DNA of 64,000 bases from Octopus bimaculoides. Taxonomy: Eukaryota. Below the pieces are notes generated by a model, which was not told the origin of the DNA, did no database searches, and worked only from the letters and a program-made list of their open reading frames with translations. Positions within the stretch are counted from its first letter, which is position 1; every line of letters starts with the position of its first letter. The position numbers and the translations under genes were made by a program. Location of the stretch: the NCBI RefSeq assembly GCF_001194135.2, contig NC_068991.1, forward strand, positions 7,019,953 through 7,083,952. The letters run 5' to 3'. Shown one piece after another: positions 23,764 through 37,502 of this stretch.

Positions 23764-26512
23764 TTAAGTTGCACTTACTGTATTTGACGGTATAAAAGCT
23801 GCACAGATGTATTAGACACACCCCAAATTTAGTAGTGTGTATTCAGGAAAAACTAAAGCTTATGGGAGGCCCAACTTCGCATATAGGAGCCATACATAAG
23901 ACTGGCCTTCATGCTGGTGGCACATAAAGCACCCACTACACTTTCGGAGTGGTTGGCGTTAGGAAAGGTATCCAGCTGTAGAAACTCTGCCAAATCAGAT
24001 TGGAGCCTGGTGTATCCATCTGGTTCACCAGTCCTCTCACTCAAATCGTCCAACCCATGCTAGCATGGAAAGCGGACATTAATCGATGATGATTAGAAAC
24101 CAGCTCCTTCTTCAGAGAAAGAATTTAAATTATTAAAAACAGAAGAAACAGACAGACAAACAGATCACACATGAATGAAACCGTTAATCCATTTTTTTCC
24201 TCTCCATGTTTCATTTCCTCATTCATTTCTGTAGAAGAGTGGAGACTCAAAATGTCAAAGACTTCCATTTTTCCTGAGCATCAAACTAATACACTTTGTG
24301 TGTTCTTTCCTCAATGGTTTCTATCTTCTGTTTTTTGTACAATCCTGAACTATACATATACATTCACACACACACATATATGTAGGTTTGTATGTGTGTG
24401 TAATCTACTGACATTGTATATAAGTCTCTCTCGATATATATATAGATCTGTATGTGTTTGTGTGTGGAGAGTAATCTGTTGGTGAAAGTATACAGTTCCG
24501 TATACTAGTATGTGTGTGCTTGTGAATGAGTGAGAAGCGGTTATTCTGTTGATCTCCCACGATGTCTTCCCCCCCCACCTCACTTTCTCTCCCCAATTCT
24601 TTTTATTAATATTTCAATACTTTTCTTTATTTCTTTATTTCCTCCCCACTTTCATCCATACAGCTGTCCATTATAGACCTTTACAATATGAAGAAAAGCC
24701 ATTGGAAAAACCAATTATAGCAGCGACTCCATCTAAGAATATCTGAAGAAGGAATTTTATTCCTTTACAATATATTTCTAATTGAACAAAGACACAGAGA
24801 CTTACTACAATGAAGAGATTATGCTTTTCCTTGGCCATATTGTGTATGAAATTATGGTTGTGTTAGTTAATCCCCTCAGTCACTCCTGACGAAAGGAGTC
24901 AAAGGACTGCTCATTGATCAAAGTTATTCCAGCCATAACTATCTTTTATTCAGGCCAGCCATAACTATCTTTTATTCAGGCAGACTATCTAGAATTACAT
25001 TTCTATCTAATGAGCCCTTCGTTTTCTATTTAGGCACAGGTGTGGCTGTGTGGTTAACAAGTTTGCTTTTCAGCCACAAGGTTCCTGGTTCACCCCCACT
25101 GTGTGGCGCCTTGGGCTAACGTTTTCTGCTATAGCCCTGAGCTAACCAAAGACTTGTGAATGGATCTGGTAGACGGAAACTGAAGAAAAGTCAATCATAT
25201 ATATTATATGTGAGTGTTTGTGTTTGTGTGTGTGTTACTGTTTCCTTGGCTTCACATTGCATGATAGTTGTAAACGAATGTCTCTCCTTCATTTGCAATC
25301 TTCCATGGAAACATGTCTGGTCAAGGGGAAACATCACCTTACTAGGAAACAAAGTTGGCAACAGGAAGAGCATCCTCAACAACATTCCATCCAACACATG
25401 CTAGCATAGGTAAGTGGTCATTAAACCGATGTGTGGACCATACAGGTGTTTTCTTCAGTGATATATAAAACCTAATTGTACAACATATAGTACAGGGAAG
25501 CCTCTGTGTGGTCCTAACCTGTAAGAAATAGAAGCCAAACCTCCCTCAAATCACATTCTACCATCTTAAAAGAAAAAGAGGGACACATTGGATAATGTAA
25601 TCCTAGATTTACTGCCTGAATACCAAGACTGGATGGCCATAGATGGAAAACCTTTGAACATAGGTCAGTTCAATCGAAACAGACATGTGACTAAACAAGA
25701 AGAAGAGCAGCAACAACAACAAATAGCAAACTACTACAGTTATACATAAAAACACTTTCAATTTTGGTATGTATTACAAGATTTAAACAGTTTGTCTGGG
25801 ACTTTTAATTCATAGGTCCCTCTTAAGGGCAACAGATCAAAACTGCAAAGAATAAAATCATTCAATAAATAAAATCAAGAACAAATTGGTAAGGTCTTGT
25901 TACCAATTAAATATGACTGATATAAAAAAAAAAAAAGTTTTAGACTTTAATAGACAAGAATAAAGACTTGTTTTTGTTTTGTGTTGGTTTGTTTTTGCAT
26001 GCATTTTTCTGAATTAGGGATGAGAACAACACAGAGCTGATCAGTTGATGAAAGTCACCTGAGAGTCCATAATTACCTCAAAGGATCTTGTTTGATGTTA
26101 TTTTATTTGTGTTTTTCGTTTTTTTTGCTCTGTGACAGTGATCGTATCAGCTAGTGTTTAAGAGAAGGCAAACGGCTTTTTTTTTTTTTGGAAGAGCATG
26201 AATCATTAAAAAAAAAAGGGTCTGGATAAGAAGTAACACAGGTGTGCGTATGAAAGGCCTCAGCAGAAAGTCAGAAAAATAAAGTTTTGGCACAAAATAA
26301 ATAGTATTTAAAATATAACCTTCTTTTTTCTTTCTTCTTCAATACATATTTACAAAATCTTATTTCCCAAGAATCCAAAAGATACACCATTGAATCTAAA
26401 GACCACAGTCAATGGAAGCTCCGCTCTAACAATACACATATATGTATATATACATATAAACGTATATATATATATATACATTTTTTTACACATATGTATA
26501 CATACATATATA

Positions 26513-26545
<33 letters not shown>

Positions 26546-26603
26546 GCATACATATATGTATTTATAAATTTATATATAGTTATAGATATTATCATACATA
26601 TTT

Positions 26604-26759
26604 TCAAGTAGTTCCGTGCTTTGTAGCTTCGAAAAGTCCCTTTTTATAAAAGGGGTCAAAGTCACAGAGAGTCTGCTTGGAAAGGAATTCATTGTTGGAC
26701 GGATTAATGGGACATGACGGGATCTTCATAAGAATTTCCAGAAGGCTCCGTAAATAAAA
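26604..26759 (-). CDS. KIF16B: KIF16B-like terminal coding exon (51 aa + TGA)
   Basis: Acceptor cctttgtcgtttcag. Reads [51 protein letters not shown], matching the vertebrate end LSKHTICEFSPFFKKGVFDYSSHGTG. Confidence 0.95.
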   Translation of the reverse strand, partial: FYLRSLLEILMKIPSCPINPSNNEFLSKQTLCDFDPFYKKGLFEATKHGTT

Positions 26760-27813
26760 CTGAAACGACAAAGGAGAAAGAAAANNNNNNNNNNNNNNNN
26801 NNNNNNNNNNNNNNNNNNNNNNNNNNNNNNNNNNNNNNNNNNNNNNNNNNNNNNNNNNNNNNNNNNNNNNNNNNNNNNNNNNNNNNNNNNNNNNNNNNNN
26901 NNNNNNNNNNNNNNNNNNNNNNNNNNNNNNNNNNNNNNNNNNNNNNNNNNNNNNNNNNNNNNNNNNNNNAAAGCATTTAAATGTTGGTTTCAAATTTTGG
27001 CACAAGGCCAGCAATTTCAGGAGAGAGGGTAAGTCGATTACATTGGACCCCAGTGCTCAATCAGTACTTATTTTATTGACCCCGAAAGGATAAAAGGCAA
27101 AGCTGACCTCGACAGAATTTGAACTCAGAATGTAAAGACATGAAATGCTGCTGAGCATTTTGCACAACATGCTAATGAGATGTTTCGTAACATATTTCTG
27201 TGTGTGTGTGTGTGTGTGTGTGCGTGTATGTGAATATGTGCACATGTGGGAGGGAATGTGTGTGTGTATTAGTATGTGTGCGGGAGTGAATGTGTGTGTT
27301 AGTATGTGTGTAGGAGTGAATATGTGTGTGTTAGNNNNNNNNNNNNNNNNNNNNNNNNNNNNNNNNNNNNNNNNNNNNNNNNNNNNNNNNNNNNNNNNNN
27401 NNNNNNNNNNNNNNNNNNNNNNNNNNNNNNNNNNNNNNNNNNNNNNNNNNNNNNNNNNNNNNNNNNNNNNNNNNNNNNNNNNNNNNNNNNNNNNNNNNNN
27501 NNNNNNNNNNNNNNNNNNNNNNNNNNNNNNNNNNNNNNNNNNNNNNNNNNNNNNNNNNNNNNNNNNNNNNNNNNNNNNNNNNNNNNNNNNNNNNNNNNNN
27601 NNNNNNNNNNNNNNNNNNNNNNNNNNNNNNNNNNNNNNNNNNNNNNNNNNNNNNNNNNNGGCTGTGTGATTGAGACACTCACCTTGCAACCACATGGTTT
27701 CAGGTGTGCTGCATAAACCTGCATAAACCTGCATAAACCTGCATAGACTGTGCCAGCATGGAAAATGGATGCTAAACAACAACAATGATGGAAGTGGCAA
27801 CAGTGATGATGAT

Positions 27814-27859
<46 letters not shown>

Positions 27860-28162
27860 TAGTATTTTGTTTACAATATCAGAATTGTGTTTCAAAGGAA
27901 TAATGATTTCAAATTTTGGCAAAAGGACAGTAATTTTGAGGGAAAGAGGAAGTTGATTACATTAACCTGGCCCCCCAGTGCACAGCAGGTACTTCTTTTA
28001 TCAACCCTGAAAAGATGAAAGGCTAAGTAAGTCAACCTTGGTGGCATTTGAACTCAGAATGTAAAAAGCCTAAAGAAATGCTGTTTAGCATTTCGTCTGA
28101 CACAGTAACGTTTCTGCCAGCTTGTGGCCTTGTTTTAAAAGAAGAATAAATAATTCACTTAC

Positions 28163-28243
28163 TTCCAACTGATACCGTCTTTCAGAAACAACTTTTTCTG
28201 AGCGACTAAACAATTTTTTAGGAGGAAATATCAGTGATCCCAC
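28163..28243 (-). CDS. KIF16B: KIF16B-like exon 16 in window, PX domain (81 nt)
   Basis: Acceptor tttttttctag, donor gaa|gtaagt. Reads VGSLIFPPKKLFSRSEKVVSERRYQLE, with the FPPKKLF...ERR..LE PX motif. Confidence 0.96.
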
Positions 28244-28875
28244 CTAGAAAAAAAAAAATGAAATACATAAAACATAAAAATTTATTTCATCATTAAAAAG
28301 ATTTGAATTGTTTGTTGTTGCTGAAGAAATTGCGTTCCTTAATACCATATTTTTTTTTTACACAATTACTACAAGGTTCAGAGGTATTTAATAAATGAAT
28401 AAAGCAAATTTTTAATATTTCACAAACAATTGAGTAATATCTTTACAGAATGATCTGTGAATTTGTACAACCATTCAACCCACTGTAACAGGAAGGTGGA
28501 CTTGTTTAAGTAAGGAAACAAGGGGTGACCGTCATATCCAGGATGTTCTAAAGTAAAAGTTTTAGTGATGTAGATAGCATGTGCAACCACTGAGTTTGCA
28601 TCCCTACCATTGGCAACCACTGAGTTTGCATCCCTACCGAGTCTACACAGGTTTATGCAGCACACCCGAAAAGCAACCCTTAAACCTATAACAGGGTTAT
28701 ACAGCAGACCTCAAAGCGGCACCCCTATAAAAGTGTTGCTTGGAGAATCCCCTTCCTCATTTACATACTGAGAAGTCTGTAATGTTTTTTTTTTATGAGT
28801 CTAGACCCCTAAAGGATTTTCCAGTACATCCCTACACCTCCTTCACGATATTGATGACATCATAATGATCACAAG

Positions 28876-28982
28876 TCCTACCAGGTAGGTGCCAGTAAGA
28901 TCATAACCAGCACCAGTCCTACCAGGTAGGTGCTAATAAGATCATAAGCATCACCAATCCTACCAGGTAGATGCCAGTAGGA
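28876..28982. repeat. ~41-bp tandem repeat, ~2.6 units
   Basis: a(g/a)tcctaccaggtag occurs three times. A 30-bp duplication (gcaaccactgagtttgcatccctacc) lies nearby at ~28583-28638. Confidence 0.85.
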
Positions 28983-31349
28983 CTTGAAACTATATCAAAC
29001 AAGACAACAGACTGATTTTATTTTACATATAAATAATGAGAAACAAACAAGAAAGAACAGCATAAAGATTTTATCATGTTTATAGAAAACAATACTAGAG
29101 ATTGAATACCTTACCCCACTTCATTCAGGTTTTGATTCTAATATCACTGTACTACAGCTTAATGAACATAAAAAGAAAGCTGTCTCTACAAAAGCAGCTG
29201 TGTCAATAAATTGATAGAGAGAACACAGAATACAGAAAGAAAATAAACAGAACTAAATACTGCATGCTATTAAGATTCAGCACTCGACTATTTCTACCAC
29301 TTTGCGCTGAATCCTATTTTGATATTATTGAAATGCTTTCATGCTTTCAGTGTTCATCTTTATAAGTTGATCTATAAATAGAGGTAAACAATCAAAGTGT
29401 TAATGGAAACCTTACTATTGAATTATTATTAGCCGAAAATCTATAATCAGAGTGAAACAATGATCAAATATGAATGAGTGATCTGATCAAAAAGTATGTA
29501 TGCATGTTTAATTAAGTCAAATGGAAAAAAAAACAAAAAAAAATCTATTTGTGTAAATTACAGATGATACATACAGAAAAGAGAGGGGGGAGGGGGAGAG
29601 GAGGAGAGGGAAAAGCAAGATAACCTGGTAAATTATATAGAGAAGAACAATAGTTTATTATTCTACATATGCACACGTGTACACGCATACACATACATAG
29701 ATATCTGTGTGTGTGTGTGCACCTCTTTAGGTAATGGAGAATATATATATAAACTATGAGGATCAATAAAACCTTAAGCTGTGTAAGTGTTAGACTGTGC
29801 TTCAGCTGTCAATTCATTGAAAAAATATCCAGAGTGATATATGCATTAATATGTAATGAGATTTTTAGTTAAGGTAATTCAGTGTTGAAAATAAAAAGTA
29901 CCTATTGATGCTGAAAGTGAGTCAGTGAGATATGAGAAGGTGGTGTTGAAACAAAAACTCGTTCAACTGTGACAAGCACAGTAGTTACACAGAGAAAAGG
30001 AAATTAAATACATTTATAAAAACTACACTCTCTTCTCCCTCATAAACAATGTGCCGCTAAAGATCTTCAAATGCATGGCAAATGCTCAGCCCTCTGATCA
30101 TCATCAATGATTTTTCATCCTGACTGCATACTTCTAACATAGCCAACACAGCATCCAAATGTTTCGCTGTCTTTCCAGAGCTGGAAAGTACTTCAGCTCT
30201 GGCTGCAAGGCACATATGCATATCACAGCAGAGTACAGTCCACATATCAGAGTACAGTCCACAGCTGCTAATATATACATTCAAAACCACGTATGCAAAC
30301 TTTCGCTAAACACTGTAATTACTAGTCTACTGATATACAGCATTCTCTCTCTTTCCATTGAAGTACAGCCCCCTCTCTCTCTCTCTCTATCTCCATCCAT
30401 TAATACACAGCATTCTCCTTCTCTCTCGCTGTGTCATCTACTGCAACTACACTGGCTACTGTTCCTCTGATCTGCCATTGTTTAAAACTCCAGTACACTT
30501 GGCCTGGCCTCCTCTCCCTTTGTTTCTTTGACAGTTCCTTACCCCCTCCCCTCAAACTTCCCACTAAACATATTTCCCGTTTATTGTTCTAGAACTGCAA
30601 CCCCCTGTAATACTCTGTTTGTCTACATTTTTCACTTTAAACATCAACCATTAAACGTGCAACTTTTATCAAGAGATTTTAACTGAGTATTACACATGCA
30701 GAAGAAACAACTGCACTGGTATGAACATGTGTACAAGAGATGAAAATGGACAATGAACTCTTAAACGGAAACTTGCTCTGTGCTGACAGAAGACGCACAT
30801 AGTAGAAGACAACCAAAGACGATGGGATGGGAGGCGGGGAGTGAAGTAGTAAGGTCAGATCTCAGAATGTTGAGTCTTGCAGACAAGATAAATAATAATA
30901 ATAAACTAGTCATTTAGCACCAGATTGGCACAGATCAAGTAACTTTATGATCAAAGACACTCCAGACACGACTATCCCATCTTTGTTCAAACAGTGCATC
31001 AAAGACCACAATGTCCAACACGTATTTCGTTTTAAGATCCTATGTATGATGTGAGGGAAATTTGGCTGTTATTTCTAGCAGGTTTAGCAGGTTCCCTTGC
31101 AGGTTTGACAATAATACGTGATGTACAGTAGAGATGATCTGTATCATCCATACTAGCATGTAAAAACATGAAGAAAAACAAAAAATCATTCAAACTATCA
31201 TTTTTTTTATACTTTGGCCATCAAGGTGAGAGTGATATGGTAGTAACTGATAGGGTCAGAAATGAGAAGTACTAAAATGTGCTTTCATAATCTAGGCTAA
31301 GTATTCAAAAAGAGAAAGGTATAGATAAGTTAAGTAGATAGAGACAGAC

Positions 31350-31380
<31 letters not shown>

Positions 31381-31518
31381 GAGAAATACACACACAAACA
31401 GAGGCTCAAAATGTCAAAGATGCTTCCATTTTTTCTAAGCATCAAACTAATACACTTTGTTTGTTCTTCCCTCGCCTGTCTGTCTTCTGTGTTTTGTACA
31501 ATTTTGAACCATATATAA

Positions 31519-31560
<42 letters not shown>

Positions 31561-31816
31561 GCACATACATATATATTTATATATATGTATATACACGTAC
31601 ACACACACATATATATATATATATTAGAAGGTTTGGAGGTGATGTACAGATATATATTAGAAAAAAATAGGGTATTCAGAGATCTGGATGGTTGTACATA
31701 GACAAATATTTATTAACATGTCATATGTTTTTACAAATCACATATTTTTATCTACTTTAATAGAATCTCCAGATTTAAATTTTGTGAGGAGATTTGTCTC
31801 TTTTTATAGTATTAGT

Positions 31817-31857
<41 letters not shown>

Positions 31858-31936
31858 NNNNNNNNNNNNNNNNNNNNNNNNNNNNNNNNNNNNNNNNNNN
31901 NNNNNNNNNNNNNNNNNNNNNNNNNNNNNNNNNNNN

Positions 31937-31989
<53 letters not shown>

Positions 31990-32035
31990 ATTTATGCGTG
32001 TGTGTTTCTATGAGTACATGGGCTGTCATGGTAGC

Positions 32036-32293
32036 CAGTGGTTCTCAAACTTTTTCAGACAGGCACCCAGGCCACATTCCTAGCACCCCCACCCCTAACT
32101 CTCCACCACAAACAGAGGCCATTTTCTGCAGCAAATTCAAAACAACTGCATTTCACAAATAAAACTTAAACCTAATTAACCCATTATTTTGGCCACCCCA
32201 TCGTTGTCCCACTTTTCTTCAATGCTCCCACTCACACCCTGGATCTTTACACTGCCCCCAGGGGAACAGTATCACTCCCTTTTGGAACCACTG
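32036..32293. mobile_element. hAT/Charlie-like MITE
   Basis: Termini cagtggttctcaaa / tttggaaccactg. No 8-bp TSD is preserved. Confidence 0.6.
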
Positions 32294-33811
32294 ATATAAA
32301 GCATTGGCTAGCCGCAACACTTTCTCTTGGAAGGTCACTTGTGGATTGGACACCAACTCATTGCAAAGTTCAACCAAGCTGTTGCAGCTAATATTCATTT
32401 TCAGCCAAGTGAACTGGAGCAACCTAAAATGAAGTACCTTGNNNNNNNNNNNNNNNNNNNNNNNNNNNNNNNNNNNNNNNNNNNNNNNNNNNNNNNNNNN
32501 NNNNNNNNNNNNNNNNNNNNNNNNNNNNNNNNNNNNNNNNNNNNNNNNNNNNNNNNNNNNNNNNNNNNNNNNNNNNNNNNNNNNNNNNNNNNNNNNNNNN
32601 NNNNNNNNNNNNNNNNNNNNNNNNNNNNNNNNNNNNNNNNNNNNNNNNNNNNNNNNNNNNNNNNNNNNNNNNNNNNNNNNNNNNNNNNNNNNNNNNNNNN
32701 NNNNNNNNNTTTATTTCAGAGACCTTTGCATGAGCAAGTAGTTCAGGTTTTCTCATCAATTTAATAAAGAAATCCTGCATTTGACAATAGAAAGAAAATA
32801 ATCGTCAAAATTAATCTAATCTTTTATGCATGAGTTTATTTGTGTTGAACTCTTAACGAGACTTCTTTTCTGTATTTCTGCTTGAGAGACTCCTTTGTTA
32901 ATGTGAATATGAATTGCCAAATAAGGATCTTATTATTCACACGGTTTTTACTATTATTTGTGTTAAAATGTCTGAAAATAAAAAAGACTATTTTCAATTT
33001 TGCATGCCTACTTAACATGCACAAGAGGTCCTACATTATGTATGCGACAAGAAAATATATGAAAATTGACTATTTTCTTTAAATTAATGGCTGTATCTAA
33101 TGAAAATACGAGCATTTACCGTGCTATTCTCAGTTTTTCTTTGTTCTAGTCTTTGAAACTATTACGAAATAGTTCATGGTTAGATGACAATGAGAACTTA
33201 CATATGATTCCCATTGAAGATTATTTTCTTTTATTCCTATTTTACTGGTTTCACTCATTGGACTCTGACCATGCTGGAGCACTAGGTTTCTGCACTTACA
33301 TGTAACCAATTTCACTATTTTTCACAAATTGTGACACAAAAAGATATATAAAAAGAAGACAATATCCAATGAGAATGGAGGTGCCTATGAGAGCTCTTGA
33401 TTTGCTATAAGTAGCAGCTGAATATCTCTCGAGTCACACTCATTGATCTTTAAAAAAACAAGAAGGAAGGATATATTAGATAACGTAATCCTTTATATAC
33501 AGGTGCAGGCATGGCTTTGTGGTTTAACACCTCACTTTCCTGTCACGTGATTCTGGGCTTAAACCCCAGAAGAATGACAAAGTCAACCTCAATGGCAATT
33601 AATCTCAGAGTGTAAAAAACTGGAAGAAATGCTACAAGGTAATTGTTTCAAATCTTTAATGATTGTGTCAATTCACAGCTTTATATTGTGAATATAATAA
33701 AAATAGATTAATTATATGCAACTACAGTTCAAGGTCTTTGCTGCAGATATATATAATCTCTTCTTATTGATACTGGTGACTCATTGATAATATAATTATG
33801 TTAAGTCTTAC

Positions 33812-33901
33812 CTCAGCATACTGAATCTTCATATCAGTATGTAGCTGTCGAAAGCGGCTATAACGCCTAAATACTGACCATGCCTCATCTTTCACACATA
33901 T
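33812..33901 (-). CDS. KIF16B: KIF16B-like exon 15 in window, PX core (90 nt)
   Basis: Acceptor ttttttaattacag, donor gag|gtaaga. Reads ICVKDEAWSVFRRYSRFRQLHTDMKIQYAE, containing the PX RRYSRF phosphoinositide-binding motif. Confidence 0.96.
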
Positions 33902-34175
33902 CTGTAATTAAAAAAGAAGAAGCAAAATGTCTTTTTATATAAAGCAATCCTTGTATATTACTTCCACAGTGTGTAGCATTCTTTCATGCTTGCATAGGTC
34001 AGATGGAATTTGTTGAGGTAGATTGTCTGTGGCTGGCTGCCGTTCCTGTCACCAACCCTCACCTGGTTCCAACTATGGCAATATTCCTCATAGCTAGACA
34101 TGCTTTTCATAAAAGATTGGGAATGGGTAACATCACCTATATGATGATGACACTCATTTACAATCCATATATGTA

Positions 34176-34369
34176 CAGGGTGGCCCAAAAGTAGGTTTAC
34201 AGTTATTCAACTATCTCTTTCGCATTCATATATTAACAGTTTCGATCCTAATTATTGAAAAAACATGAAACCATTATTCTATGCTAATTTAGTTAATTTT
34301 GTCAAGCTCCATTTTCAATTTGTAAGATAGAAATTTAAAGTGCCTACATGATAACTGTAAGCTACCCTG
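34176..34369. mobile_element. Tc1/mariner-type MITE
   Basis: Left end cagggtggcccaaaagtaggtttacagttat; right end ataactgtaagctaccctg carries an internal deletion; TA flanks. Confidence 0.75.
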
Positions 34370-34971
34370 TATATATTATTTTATTCTTTTATGTTTCAAC
34401 CCTAAGGGTGTGGTCATGCTGGAGCATTATATCTATATATANNNNNNNNNNNNNNNNNNNNNNNNNNNNNNNNNNNNNNNNNNNNNNNNNNNNNNNNNNN
34501 NNNNNNNNNNNNNNNNNNNNNNNNNNNNNNNNNNNNNNNNNNNNNNNNNNNNNNNNNNNNNNNNNNNNNNNNNNNNNNNNNNNNNNNNNNNNNNNNNNNN
34601 NNNNNNNNNNNNNNNNNNNNNNNNNNNNNNNNNNNNNNNNNNNNNNNNNNNNNNNNNNNNNNNNNNNNNNNNNNNNNNNNNNNNNNNNNNNNNNNNNNNN
34701 NNNNNNNNNNNNNNNNNNNNNNNNNNNNNNNNNNNNNNNNNNNNNNNNNNNNNNNNNNNNNNNNNNNNNNNNNNNNNNNNNNNNNNNNNNNNNNNNNNNN
34801 NNNNNNNNNNNNNNNNNNNNNNNNNNNNNNNNNNNNNNNNNNNNNNNNNNNNNNNNNNNNNNNNNNNNNNNNNNNNNNNNNNNNNNNNNNNNNNNNNNNN
34901 NNNNNNNNNNNNNNNNNNNNNNNNNNNNNNNNNNNNNNNNNNNNNNNNNNNNNNNNNNNNNNNNNNNNNNN

Positions 34972-35005
<34 letters not shown>

Positions 35006-35499
35006 TATAAAATCATCACATCATCATCAGGCTCCATAGTCTGTTTTGGCTTGGTTTCTATGGCTGGATGCCCTTGCTAATACCAAACCACTTTACAGAG
35101 TATACTGGGATGTGTTTAGATTATATATACACATGCACACGCACATGCACACACACACACATATAAAATATAATTAAGATTCTGTTGAATTAGGTACTTA
35201 AACTGAGGCACCATGCTAGGTCAGTATAATCTGCATACTCAAACAAAATTAATTGAATATTGAATATCAAGACTCATTGCTGGGTGCTTGTATCTGATAT
35301 TCCTGTCGTGTGTGCAGACAATGCAACCCAGCTAAGTGAAGATATCTGCTCTTGTTAATTCAGACATGTACTTTTTATAAAGGTACCTTCTGTAGTATTT
35401 CCGAAGAGCAGATGTCAAGTTAGGTGAATGAAATATAAATGAGTAACAAAGATGTACAGGTATCAATTCATTACAGCTGTTTCAATCGACTTCTAAGTC

Positions 35500-36044
35500 T
35501 CCTTCGATGTTGGTGTCAAAGTCAACAGTGAAGTTTATGAGAAAGTTTAAGAGAAGAGATGGATGAGAAAGAGTTACCCTGGGTCACAGAAACCTTTGGT
35601 CACTGTTACATCTTCATTCAAGATGGGTCTCTGGCCCATACATCTAATTTGACACAGAGGTGGTGCAAAGAGCATTCAGTGGTTTTGAAGACAAGACAAT
35701 ATGGCCTCCCTCAAGTCCAGACATCAATCCCATGGTCTTTGCTATTTGGTCTCTCTTAGAGAGTAATGTTTCTGCTCACTCCTATTCAAACGTATCAGAT
35801 CTGAAGAAAGCTCTTCTGTCTTCATGGGTCAAGTTGGATGAAAAGGTGGTAAGGCGCACATGCAACTCAGTGACCACTTGTTTGCAGGATGTGATCAAGG
35901 TGAAAGGTGGTCATTTTCAAAGGTAGTTACTGTAATGGATTGACAGTTTACATTAGAATGTGTGTGCCGAATTTCATTCTCTTACCTGAAGTTCACTTTG
36001 AATAATTAAGAAATATCAATGGGTAAATTTTTCTGGGACACCCT

Positions 36045-36045
<1 letters not shown>
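35500..36045 (+). mobile_element. maT/Tc1-mariner superfamily transposase remnant, 3' half with right TIR
   Basis: Translated pieces GVKVNSEVY, YIFIQDGSLAHTS, IWPPSSPDINPMVFAIWSLLE and VIKVKGGHF*. Ends ...ctgggacaccctg followed by TA. Confidence 0.9.
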
Positions 36046-36083
<38 letters not shown>

Positions 36084-37389
36084 TACATGATATGTATTCC
36101 CTGTCTTTTTCTATTCATACTATAACAGATCTCTGTTTCAGTTTGTTCAACATCTTTGAAATGCTTGTCAACAGAAACTGGTTCTCTTCCTATTATCCCA
36201 ACCACCAACGACCTCCCACATCAGAATTTGCAAGTAAACAGACCAGCAGGAATTGAAAGCCGAATCTTCCTCAAAATCACACCCTACCATTTTAAGAAGT
36301 AAAAAAGGAAGTACGCAGTTCATAAATAAACAATATATAAATAAACAAAAGATGGGATTGTCAAGGGTGTAATGCATTTGGCTAAAGATCTGCTCAACCA
36401 AGGTTGACCAGGTACTAACAGCCTGTTCGAAGTGTACTTCCACTTGGTAATTAGTAAGATTTCAAACACATCAATAGCATTAATCTCAGCTGGTTATCCT
36501 TATCTTTGCAACCTATCCCGTCACATTTCTATTACTAGTGTACTAGTTATACTAAAACAGCTAAAGACCTGTACTCAAGATAACAAGACTTATTACAATT
36601 CAAAATAGTTACAACACACAGGTGTAAATATACCAAAAGTTAGTTTCTTAGCAACATTCTAAGCTGATTTATCAGTTGCATTGACTTGTCACAACTACCC
36701 ACATATCTTGCTATTTTCCTGCCAACATTAAAGTCACCTTGAGACCTGATGTAATAAAGACATCACAGAGTTGCTCAGGGACCTCTATGTCAGCTCTGTT
36801 TTCAACTATTCAACTTCAACCTCTTCTTTTGTAGTTCAGATGACAGCTTCGAAAACTGAAAACAAGTGGCTTTTGTGAAAATTTGCTTTAGCTCTATATT
36901 GTGGTCTCAAATTTGTTTCATTAACGCCGAATGTAAAAATTATGGTTCATATTACAGCTTTAATCATTTTCTGTCTGAATTATCATAGCAGGACATCAAG
37001 TCAGTTATTTCATCTCAAAAATATTTCAGAAGGATTTCTAAATTTGGCACAAGACTACAAATTTATAGAAGGGAAGAAAATGTTAAATTAAGGTTATGAA
37101 TTTGAAAGCTAGTCAGGATGGTAAGCAAGTAGAATCATTAGTCCTCTGGCTATTTATGTTCTGAGTTCAAATACAGCCAAGGTCAGCTTTCATTCTTTAG
37201 GGGTTGATAAAATAAGTACTTTTTAAGCATTGGGGTTGATGTCATTGGCTTCTCTCTCACCTCAAAATTGCTGGCCGTGTGCAGGCATGGCTGTGTGTGT
37301 CCTTTTATGTCTTTTTTGAACAAGCAGATCTATGCTCCAAAGCTGTCAAGTAGTGGCCATCATGTCTTTTTTTCCCCCAAAAAATACAT

Positions 37390-37502
37390 TATCCAATGCA
37401 TATTCTACTTTTTAAAAGGGTAGGGTGTGATATCCAATGTAGCCTTCTACCTTTTAAAGGCTAGGGTGTGATATCGAATGCAGCCTTCCATTTTTTAAGT
37501 GG
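37390..37502. repeat. 41-bp tandem repeat, ~2.7 units
   Basis: tatccaatg...tagggtgtga is repeated at a 41-nt period. Confidence 0.85.
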
